A stretch of 32,000 nucleotides of DNA. Origin: Candidatus Saccharimonadota bacterium. Lineage in GTDB: Bacteria; Patescibacteriota; Saccharimonadia; Saccharimonadales; UBA4665. Under the pieces are notes generated by a model, which was not told the DNA's origin, made no database searches, and saw nothing but the letters and a program-made list of their open reading frames with translations. The position numbers and the translations under genes are program-made. Of the stretch, positions 1 through 6,724 are shown piece after piece. The stretch spans positions 150,001 through 182,000 of the forward strand of contig CP023991.1 in the NCBI GenBank assembly GCA_003516025.1. Reading direction: 5' to 3'. Positions within the stretch are counted from its first letter, which is position 1; every line of letters starts with the position of its first letter.

Positions 1-337
1 CATGCGTAACATGATTAAAGCTAATGTAGTACGTGATCTGCTGCCAGTTATCGACAATTTTGACCGGGCGCTCAAACACGTGCCAAAAGAGCTCGAAAGC
101 AACGATTATATTAAGGGTGTTCAAGGCGTAGTTAAGCAGTTCGAAAAAACTTTAGCTGACATGGGTGTCGAAAAAATTAAAACAGTCGACGCGCCTTTCG
201 ACCCGAAATTCCATGAAGCGGTCCAAATGGAAGAAGGTGATGGAACCGAAGAAGTAGTCAGCGAAGAATTGCAGTCCGGCTATACGCTTGGTGACGAAAT
301 CATCCGGCACGCCATGGTAAAGGTAAAACTCCAGTAG
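1..337 (+). CDS. grpE: GrpE nucleotide-exchange factor, C-terminal part (gene continues beyond the 5' window edge)
   Basis: The translation (RDLLPVIDNFDRAL ... FDPKFHEAV ... GYTLGDEIIRHAMVKV) is typical of the GrpE C-terminal domain. It lies in a dnaK/dnaJ neighbourhood. Stop TAG at 335-337. Confidence 0.9.
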   Translation, partial: MRNMIKANVVRDLLPVIDNFDRALKHVPKELESNDYIKGVQGVVKQFEKTLADMGVEKIKTVDAPFDPKFHEAVQMEEGDGTEEVVSEELQSGYTLGDEIIRHAMVKVKLQ

Positions 338-339
338 GT

Positions 340-588
340 ATGTTCACCGATCGCTGCCCCGAGCCGCTCGATTTGCCTTCCGGACTGGCGGGGGATCAGG
401 CCCGGTCAGCCTATCAGTTTATGCTTAAGCAGCTAGGGCAGCCGCTGGCGCTTGCCGGCAACTGCCGGCTGGAAAATGACTATCAAATAAGTCAGGAAAT
501 GAGACGCCGGTACACGCTCAGCGGGTATACCGCCGCCAATATAGCGTACCTCGCGATACGTGATATGACTGAAATTCAAAATTTATAG
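340..588 (+). CDS. hypothetical 82-aa protein between grpE and the CIRCE operators
   Basis: The ATG lies 2 nt after the grpE stop and the ORF ends right at the first CIRCE half-site. I recognise no family. Coding status is uncertain. Confidence 0.3.
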   Translation: MFTDRCPEPLDLPSGLAGDQARSAYQFMLKQLGQPLALAGNCRLENDYQISQEMRRRYTLSGYTAANIAYLAIRDMTEIQNL

Positions 589-615
589 TTAGCACTCTTG
601 ACACTTGAGTGCCAA
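589..615. promoter_or_regulatory. CIRCE operator 1 (HrcA binding site)
   Basis: TTAGCACTC-N9-GAGTGCCAA matches 17/18 positions of the CIRCE consensus TTAGCACTC-N9-GAGTGCTAA. The N9 spacer contains TTGACA. Confidence 0.85.
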
Positions 616-631
616 TTTTTTATGCTAAAAT
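598..631 (+). promoter_or_regulatory. sigma-70-type promoter of the dnaK transcription unit, embedded in the CIRCE pair
   Basis: -35 TTGACA at 598-603. Two -10 options: TATGCT at 621-626 with a 17-nt spacer, or the extended -10 TGCTAAAAT at 623-631. Confidence 0.55.
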
Positions 632-635
632 AGTA

Positions 636-662
636 TTAGCACTCAATTAATACCATTGCTAA
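636..662. promoter_or_regulatory. CIRCE operator 2 (degenerate right arm)
   Basis: TTAGCACTC-N9-CATTGCTAA. The left arm matches 9/9 and the right arm 7/9. It overlaps the predicted transcription start and runs into the SD of the 61-aa ORF. Confidence 0.5.
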
Positions 663-674
663 AGGAGAATCACA

Positions 675-860
675 ATGTCTATAGAGCAAGGCGGAGAAAA
701 CCGTCACTATACCGCGGCAGAATGGTTTGAGATTACACACGGTCGTTCTGCTAATCCAAATGGTGATGAACCGGTCATTGCTACCCCGCCCACCGAAGAA
801 GAAATGAGGACGGCCCGGCAGGAATTCATGGATATTAGTTTTGAGGAACCACTTTTTTAA
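675..860 (+). CDS. hypothetical acidic 61-aa protein, first ORF of the CIRCE-controlled dnaK unit
   Basis: Strong SD AAGGAG at 662-667, 7 nt before the ATG. It ends 33 nt before dnaK. The overlapping minus-strand ORF 636..866 looks non-protein-like. Confidence 0.55.
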   Translation: MSIEQGGENRHYTAAEWFEITHGRSANPNGDEPVIATPPTEEEMRTARQEFMDISFEEPLF

Positions 861-893
861 TAACACTATCGGTATTTCACGGAGGAATCATAC

Positions 894-2804
894 ATGAGTA
901 AAATTATCGGAATCGATTTAGGTACGACTAACTCGGCAATGGCCGTTATGCAGGCCGGTAAGCCGGAAATTATCGCTAACTCCGAAGGTGCGCGCACGAC
1001 GCCTTCCGTAGTTGCCGTCAACAAAAATGGCGAGCGTCTGGTTGGCCAGGTTGCCCGCCGCCAGCAGGTGACCAATAGTAAAAACACTATTTATGAAGTA
1101 AAACGCCTGATTGGACGCAATTTCAATGACAAAGAAGTCCAGCGCGACCTGAAGCTGATGGGTTACGAAATCATTAAAAGCGGCAACGGCGTTAAAGTAA
1201 AGATGGCCGACAAGGAATACAGCCCTGAAGAAATCAGTGCTATGATCCTGAGTAAGCTGAAAGCTGACGCCGAAGGTTTCCTGGGTGACACTGTTACTGA
1301 AGCGGTCATTACTGTTCCTGCGTATTTCGATGATTCGCAGCGCCAAGCAACTAAAGATGCAGGTAAAATCGCCGGTCTTGAAGTTAAGCGCATTATCAAT
1401 GAGCCGACTGCCGCCGCATTGGCCTACGGTCTCGACAAAGGCAGCAAGGCCGACGAAAAGATCGCTGTTTATGACCTCGGTGGTGGTACATTCGACGTTT
1501 CTATTCTGGAGCTCGGCGACGGTGTTTTCGAAGTAAAGTCCACCAACGGTGACACCCACCTCGGTGGTGCCGACTTCGACCGCACGATTGTTAACTACTT
1601 TGTTGACGAATTCAAGAAAGAACATGGCCTGGACATTTCTGACGACAAGGCTGCCATGCAGCGCCTGCGTGACGAAGCTGAAAAGGCTAAGATTGAGCTC
1701 TCGGCTGCCCAAGAAGTTAACATCAATCTGCCATTCCTGACGGCTGATGCTGATGGTCCAAAGCACTTTGAACACAACCTGACCCGCGCCAAGCTGGAAA
1801 ACTTGGTCGCTGACCTGGTCGATAAAACGGCTGACCCATGTGAAAAAGCACTGAAAGACGCCGGCCTCAAGGCCTCCGAAATCGACGCCGTCGTACTGGT
1901 CGGTGGTATGACCCGCATGCCCGCCGTGCAGGAAAAGGTTAAGAATATCTTTGGTAAGGACCCGATGAAGGGCGTGAATCCTGACGAAGTCGTGGCCGTC
2001 GGTGCCGCTATCCAGGGTGGCGTGCTGCAAGGCGACGTCAAAGACGTACTATTGCTCGATGTAACTCCGTTAAGTCTTGGTATCGAGACTATGGGCGGCG
2101 TCATGACCAAGCTGATTGAGCGCAACACTACTATTCCTACTTCCAAGAGCGAAGTTTTCTCGACTGCTGCCGACAACCAACCCCAGGTTGAAATCCATGT
2201 TGGCCAGGGTGAACGCGACATGATCGAGGGCAACAAGAGTCTCGGCCGCTTTGTGCTCGATGGTATCCCACCAGCGCCGCGCGGTGTGCCGCAGATTGAG
2301 GTGACCTTCAACATCGACGCTAACGGCATTTTGCATGTAACGGCTAAAGACAAGGGTACCGGTAAAGAACAGAGCATTACTATCCAGGGTTCCGGCAACC
2401 TCGACAAAACTGAAGTCGAAAAGATGGCTAAAGAAGCCGAAGCCCATGCCGAAGAAGACAAGCAGCGCAAAGAGGCCGTTGAAGCCCGCAACCTGCTCGA
2501 CTCGACCATTTACCAGGCGGAGAAGCTTAAGAAGGATAATGGCGATAAAATAAGCGACGAAGATAAGAAAACGCTCGATGAAGCCATTGAAGCGGCTCAA
2601 AAGGTTGTTAAAGACGATAAAGCGTCCAAAGATGACCTCGAAAAGGCCGCCAAGGAACTGAACGATAAAATCATGCCAATTGGCGCCAAGATGTACGAAC
2701 AGTCATCGGCTGATGAAACACCGGCAGAAGATGCTGCTGAAGACAAGAAAGCCGATGACGACACCACCGTTGAAGGCGAAGTTGTTGACGAAGACAAGAA
2801 GTAG
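894..2804 (+). CDS. dnaK: molecular chaperone DnaK (Hsp70)
   Basis: Full-length Hsp70 signatures ([28 protein letters not shown]). SD GGAGG at 881-885. Confidence 0.98.
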   Translation: MSKIIGIDLGTTNSAMAVMQAGKPEIIANSEGARTTPSVVAVNKNGERLVGQVARRQQVTNSKNTIYEVKRLIGRNFNDKEVQRDLKLMGYEIIKSGNGVKVKMADKEYSPEEISAMILSKLKADAEGFLGDTVTEAVITVPAYFDDSQRQATKDAGKIAGLEVKRIINEPTAAALAYGLDKGSKADEKIAVYDLGGGTFDVSILELGDGVFEVKSTNGDTHLGGADFDRTIVNYFVDEFKKEHGLDISDDKAAMQRLRDEAEKAKIELSAAQEVNINLPFLTADADGPKHFEHNLTRAKLENLVADLVDKTADPCEKALKDAGLKASEIDAVVLVGGMTRMPAVQEKVKNIFGKDPMKGVNPDEVVAVGAAIQGGVLQGDVKDVLLLDVTPLSLGIETMGGVMTKLIERNTTIPTSKSEVFSTAADNQPQVEIHVGQGERDMIEGNKSLGRFVLDGIPPAPRGVPQIEVTFNIDANGILHVTAKDKGTGKEQSITIQGSGNLDKTEVEKMAKEAEAHAEEDKQRKEAVEARNLLDSTIYQAEKLKKDNGDKISDEDKKTLDEAIEAAQKVVKDDKASKDDLEKAAKELNDKIMPIGAKMYEQSSADETPAEDAAEDKKADDDTTVEGEVVDEDKK

Positions 2805-2807
2805 CAT

Positions 2808-3305
2808 ATGATACGGGTGCCCCGGTTACGCCGGCCGGAAAGCGATAGTCCGCTGTGGCAAACATGCCAACAACTGACCGCGGGGGTAGCCCCTGTTGAG
2901 TCACCGCATGGCGCGCAGTGGACTCACATTCGTCGCGTTACGTGGGCGCGGTCTCCGTACCGGTATCTTCTCACTGAACTGGCTGAAGAACAGGCCGATA
3001 GTAGACTGCGCCGCGCACGTATCGCGCCGCTGGTCTTCAACCTTGCTTGTTTAAGCGCGGAACGACGCGACACGGGGTTAATCAATTCGGCTAGCTATTT
3101 TATAGCCAAACAGGGATTACGGGGCGCTTTGCATAGTGAAGTACCCCACTGGGAACGTCTTACCGACGAAGATAAGAAAGAAATGCAGGATAACGTTGAT
3201 TTTTCATTTCAACACGGTTTTTTTGTTCCTACGGCAGAAGATGAGTTCGTGGTTGAGACAGCTCTCAAGATCGCGTCATTGGATGGCGTGGAGCAAGTAG
3301 GGTAA
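2808..3305 (+). CDS. hypothetical protein (165-aa ORF; true start uncertain)
   Basis: Only long ORF in the 550-nt dnaK-NYN gap. The Arg/Pro/Trp-rich N-terminal third does not look protein-like. The C-terminal half (…WERLTDEDKKEMQDNVDFSFQHGFFVPTAEDEF…) does. Confidence 0.35.
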   Translation: MIRVPRLRRPESDSPLWQTCQQLTAGVAPVESPHGAQWTHIRRVTWARSPYRYLLTELAEEQADSRLRRARIAPLVFNLACLSAERRDTGLINSASYFIAKQGLRGALHSEVPHWERLTDEDKKEMQDNVDFSFQHGFFVPTAEDEFVVETALKIASLDGVEQVG

Positions 3306-3342
3306 ATTATGGCCAGCTCTTTAGCGCGTAAATATAAAAGGG

Positions 3343-3348
3343 TACAAT
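3343..3348 (+). promoter_or_regulatory. -10 box (TACAAT) 9 nt upstream of the NYN gene ATG
   Basis: GGGTACAAT-aggacagat-ATG. No SD in between. Part of the window-wide leaderless pattern. Confidence 0.4.
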
Positions 3349-3357
3349 AGGACAGAT

Positions 3358-3981
3358 ATGAAAGTATTCATTGACGGCGAAAATCTACGGCACCGCTTGG
3401 TATCCGTGTTACTGCACGCTGGCCGCATCCACGACTCGGAAGATTACTTCACGGTCGATGTCCGTAAGCTGATCGGCGACGCGTTGCAGGCAGAGCCCGA
3501 ACAAATCCTGTACTTTACCACCAAAGTACGCCAGCCGGAATATGATATTCCTGATAAACTGCGCGATAAAATAACTGAAATCCAGGAACAACAAAGCCAC
3601 TGGATCCAAACGTTGGGTGAACAAAATATCACAGTGGTTAAAGCGGGGCTCCTCAAGGTTCACGAGAGTAACGCCTGCGTGCACTGCGGCAAGCGCACGC
3701 TGGTTTTACAGGAAAAAGGCGTTGATGTCCGTCTTGCTACTGAAATGGTTATGGCGGCGGTACATGACCTCGCGGACACTATCGTGGTGTTCAGTTCTGA
3801 CGCTGACATGATCCCCGCGCTTGACGTGGTCCGGCGGTCGGGTACCAAAGTTATATATATGTGTTTTGAAGAGGAAGCAAACGAAGCCCTGCGCCATGCC
3901 ACCGACCGGATGGTGACGTACAACCGTAACGACATTCTGCAGGCCGCCCGTCCGCATGAGGAGCAGCGCCATGCCGACTAA
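3358..3981 (+). CDS. NYN/LabA-like (PIN-fold) domain protein, predicted RNase
   Basis: N-terminal FIDGENL, central KGVDVRLATEM and SSDADMIPAL acidic motifs are characteristic of the NYN (PF01936-type) fold. Confidence 0.85.
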   Translation: MKVFIDGENLRHRLVSVLLHAGRIHDSEDYFTVDVRKLIGDALQAEPEQILYFTTKVRQPEYDIPDKLRDKITEIQEQQSHWIQTLGEQNITVVKAGLLKVHESNACVHCGKRTLVLQEKGVDVRLATEMVMAAVHDLADTIVVFSSDADMIPALDVVRRSGTKVIYMCFEEEANEALRHATDRMVTYNRNDILQAARPHEEQRHAD

Positions 3982-4312
3982 TTTCGTACAGATGGTGCTT
4001 ACCTGCGGTAGCTGGCAGGAAGCTCAGAAAATTGCCGACCGGCTGTTAGAAACCCGCCTGATAGCCTGCGCCGAGTTCGTCGCCATCAAGTCAAAGTACC
4101 ACTGGAAAGAAGGCCTGGAAGAGGCTGACGAAATAAAACTGATTATGGAAAGTTTGCATGAAAACTTCGCCGGCGTTGAAGCGGAAGTCGCGAAGTTACA
4201 CAGTTATGAAACGTTTGTGCTGCAGGCGATTCCACTGGTATCATTATCGGCCGCGGCTGTGAACTGGTGGCAGCAGAAAACAAACGCCAATTCCCAAGGA
4301 GCGACAAGATAA
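3971..4312 (+). CDS. cutA: CutA1 divalent-cation tolerance family protein
   Basis: LIACAEFV..KSKYHWKEGLEE..E..L..ES ... HSYETFVLQAIP ... NWW matches the CutA pattern. I chose ATG 3971 (MPTNF…), which overlaps the NYN stop by 11 nt. The ORF track starts at 3956. Confidence 0.8.
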   Translation: MPTNFVQMVLTCGSWQEAQKIADRLLETRLIACAEFVAIKSKYHWKEGLEEADEIKLIMESLHENFAGVEAEVAKLHSYETFVLQAIPLVSLSAAAVNWWQQKTNANSQGATR

Positions 4313-4315
4313 ATT

Positions 4316-5428
4316 ATGGCTGCAAAACGAGATTATTACGATATTTTGGGTGTTGGTAAGAGTGCCAGCGCGGACGAAATAAAAAAAGCCTTTCGCAAGG
4401 CGGCTATTGAGCATCATCCGGATCGTGGCGGTGACGAGGCTAAATTTAAGGAAATTAACGAAGCCTACGAAGTTTTGAAAGACCCGGCAAAAAAACAGCG
4501 CTATGACCAGTTTGGCCACGCTGGTGTCGGCGGCGCGGCCGGCGGCAACCCATACGAAGGTTTCGGCGGTTTCGGTGGTAACCAGAACGTTAATTTTGAT
4601 TTCGGTGACCTGGGTCTCGGCGATATCTTTAACAGTTTCTTCGGCGGCGGGCAAGCTGGTGGTGGCCAGGGCCAGCGGCAGCGCCGCGGCCGCGACGTCG
4701 AAACCCGCGTCGAAGTCACCTTTGAGCAGGCAGTTTTTGGCACTGAAGCCGAGCTTAACCTGAACATCGAAGATACCTGCGACCATTGCAAAGGTTCCAC
4801 CGTGGAACCTGGCTATGACCTCAGGACGTGTGACCAGTGTAAAGGTTCGGGGCAGGTAGTTAATGTCACCCGTACTATTTTTGGCAATATTCAACAGGCT
4901 ACCATTTGTCCAAAGTGTAATGGCCGCGGCAAAATCCCCGAAAAAGTATGCTCGGTTTGTCACGGCAAGGGCACCCGCTTGAAGAATCAGCGCGTCATGC
5001 TGAAAATTCCCGCCGGTATTGATGACGGCGCCACCATCCGGTTGCGCGAGCATGGTGAGGCTGTAGCTAACGGCCCGAAGGGCGACCTGTATGTAAATAT
5101 TCGTGTTAAGCCGCACAAGCAGTTTACCCGAGAAGGCGACCTGATTTTAAGCGACGAGCACATCGATATGGTCGAAGCGGCACTTGGTACTGAGATTGAA
5201 ATCGCCACCGTTGACGGTCCTGTCCGCATGAAAGTACCGGCCGGTACACAGAGCGGCAGTGACTTTAAACTGTCCGGACACGGCGTACCGCACATGAAAG
5301 GCGGCAGTCGCGGCGCGCATATCGTAACGATTATCGTTGATACGCCGAAGAAACTGACAAAGCATCAGCAGGAACTGTTACAGGAGTTTCGTAAGGAAAC
5401 GACACCAAAACGCAAGTTCTGGAACTAG
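4316..5428 (+). CDS. dnaJ: molecular chaperone DnaJ (Hsp40, type I)
   Basis: J-domain with HPD, a G/F-rich linker and four CxxCxGxG zinc-finger repeats ([32 protein letters not shown]). Confidence 0.97.
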   Translation: MAAKRDYYDILGVGKSASADEIKKAFRKAAIEHHPDRGGDEAKFKEINEAYEVLKDPAKKQRYDQFGHAGVGGAAGGNPYEGFGGFGGNQNVNFDFGDLGLGDIFNSFFGGGQAGGGQGQRQRRGRDVETRVEVTFEQAVFGTEAELNLNIEDTCDHCKGSTVEPGYDLRTCDQCKGSGQVVNVTRTIFGNIQQATICPKCNGRGKIPEKVCSVCHGKGTRLKNQRVMLKIPAGIDDGATIRLREHGEAVANGPKGDLYVNIRVKPHKQFTREGDLILSDEHIDMVEAALGTEIEIATVDGPVRMKVPAGTQSGSDFKLSGHGVPHMKGGSRGAHIVTIIVDTPKKLTKHQQELLQEFRKETTPKRKFWN

Positions 5429-5431
5429 TGC

Positions 5432-6202
5432 TTAATTACCGGTTTCAGGCAGGTCGTCGTAACTAACCACCTGATTTTTGCCAGCCAGTTTAGCGGCACG
5501 CATAGCCTGATTGGCTTCAACTACGGCATCTTCAAGTAATAGCTCGTTACCTAAGTTGCCAACTCCAACGCTGACCGTTAAGGCTGTGACTTCTTCATCG
5601 GGGACATACTGTTCAACTTCAGCCCTGATGCCTTCAGCGAGAACCATTGCCTGTTCTATAGACGTGTTGGGCGCGATAACCAAGAGCTCCTCGCCGCCGT
5701 AACGGCCAATAACATCACTCCGCCGGGTACGGTTTCGTAATGCTTCCCCAATTCGGCCCAGTACTTTATCACCAACAGGCTCACCGAATGTCTTATTGAT
5801 CTGGCCGAAGTTATCAGCGTCAATAAAGATTACTGAATGGCCTTCCGCAGAGTCGTTGCGGCGCTGCAATTCATGCGGCTGCGTAAGGAGTGTGAACTCT
5901 TCTTCCAGCTTCCGACGTGTCGGCAATCCGGTCACTTTATCAACACCTAGCGTTTCAATACGGGCGTCGCGGGCAGCGATTTCGTCGTCCATCATAGCGG
6001 CGTATTCGGCCGCCGATTGGCGTTCGCGTTCCAGCTGCGCCTGAGTTTCGACAAGTTGGCGCCGTAGTCCGGAAATAGTCAACTCACTTTCGCTGCGGTG
6101 GTTCAGCGCGTCGGCAGCAAGAAATTCCATGCTGCGTGGTTCTTCGTGTGAAGGCGGCATGGGTTTTCGCTGAGGATAGTGAGTAGACATACTTTCAGTC
6201 AT
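5432..6202 (-). CDS. GGDEF-domain diguanylate cyclase (GGEEL variant, RxxD I-site present)
   Basis: GLPTRR…IFIDADNFGQINKTFG…RRSDVIGRYGGEELLV…SVGVG is a GGDEF domain. The N-terminal ~100 aa are predicted coiled-coil. I chose ATG 6202 (MTESM…). The track's 6238 start is a TTG. Confidence 0.88.
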   Translation of the reverse strand: MTESMSTHYPQRKPMPPSHEEPRSMEFLAADALNHRSESELTISGLRRQLVETQAQLERERQSAAEYAAMMDDEIAARDARIETLGVDKVTGLPTRRKLEEEFTLLTQPHELQRRNDSAEGHSVIFIDADNFGQINKTFGEPVGDKVLGRIGEALRNRTRRSDVIGRYGGEELLVIAPNTSIEQAMVLAEGIRAEVEQYVPDEEVTALTVSVGVGNLGNELLLEDAVVEANQAMRAAKLAGKNQVVSYDDLPETGN

Positions 6203-6227
6203 TAACACAATTATACACCAAAAGGTG

Positions 6228-6458
6228 CTAAATGTCAATAATGCTTACGGTTGGTTGCGCGTCAGGAGGTGTGGTTTCGGTATTGGAAGTCACCGATATG
6301 CCCAGTTTGATTTGCAGTGCTGCGATTTTGGCGGCAACAGCGAAAGCGCGGTCACGAGCCTGTACCGCTTCAATGCTCATGTCAGCCGGATCAATAGCCA
6401 GGTAATTGCCATTGTCATCCGGTATCTCAAGGTGTTGTTCGTTGCTGATTACAGACAT
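6228..6458 (-). CDS. hypothetical 76-aa protein upstream of the GGDEF gene
   Basis: ATG start with TATAAT (6468-6473, minus strand) 9 nt upstream. Same strand as the GGDEF gene. I recognise no family. Confidence 0.45.
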   Translation of the reverse strand: MSVISNEQHLEIPDDNGNYLAIDPADMSIEAVQARDRAFAVAAKIAALQIKLGISVTSNTETTPPDAQPTVSIIDI

Positions 6459-6552
6459 AGTGGAGTAATTATACAGAAATTGGTATATATGTCAAATAGT
6501 GATATAGGTTACAAATAGACAAGACTTTTCTTATCGGGCATAATGTTAACTG

Positions 6553-6678
6553 ATGAAAAAGCTTAAGCTTCAACTCGCCGACGATCAACGGGGCTTTATC
6601 CCTATGATGCTGTGTATTATCGCGGTAATCGCTTTTATTATTTACCTGGTCTACAGCCGGGTAGCCAGTATGCAGTAA
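6553..6678 (+). CDS. possible 41-aa single-pass membrane peptide (MKKLKLQLADDQRGFIPMMLCIIAVIAFIIYLVYSRVASMQ)
   Basis: Found by hand; it is below the ORF-track size cut-off. TAGACA-N17-CATAAT promoter-like motif with the -10 (6539-6544) 8 nt before the ATG. Charged N-terminus followed by a hydrophobic helix. Confidence 0.3.
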   Translation: MKKLKLQLADDQRGFIPMMLCIIAVIAFIIYLVYSRVASMQ

Positions 6679-6709
6679 GCAAGCAAAACTGGACTTTACA
6701 CTCATAAAA

Positions 6710-6718
6710 TGCTATAAT
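6710..6718 (+). promoter_or_regulatory. extended -10 box TGCTATAAT, 6 nt upstream of the ATG at 6725
   Basis: TGCTATAAT-agccag-ATG. There is no room for an SD, so a leaderless transcript is predicted. Confidence 0.5.
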
Positions 6719-6724
6719 AGCCAG

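Noticed and set aside
636-866. 76-aa minus-strand ORF covering the CIRCE region and the 61-aa ORF
   Set aside because: The sequence is not protein-like (FFFGGRGS…) and has no promoter or SD. The + strand ORF has a strong SD and sits correctly in the dnaK unit.
918-2600. Long minus-strand ORFs (918..2030, 1595..2509, 2070..2600) antisense to dnaK
   Set aside because: They lie entirely inside an unambiguous Hsp70 gene and their translations are low-complexity with no recognisable domains. These are typical shadow ORFs of a codon-biased gene.
4244-5116. 290-aa minus-strand ORF antisense to dnaJ
   Set aside because: Shadow ORF inside a clear DnaJ gene, with no start context or family resemblance.
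6228-6458. The 76-aa ORF, with a Thr/Ser/Asp/Glu-containing C-terminus, as a graspetide (ATP-grasp RiPP) precursor
   Set aside because: It is 3 kb from the nearest ATP-grasp gene and separated from it by an opposite-strand 603-aa gene. It lacks the repeated T/S…D/E core motifs of known omega-ester peptides.
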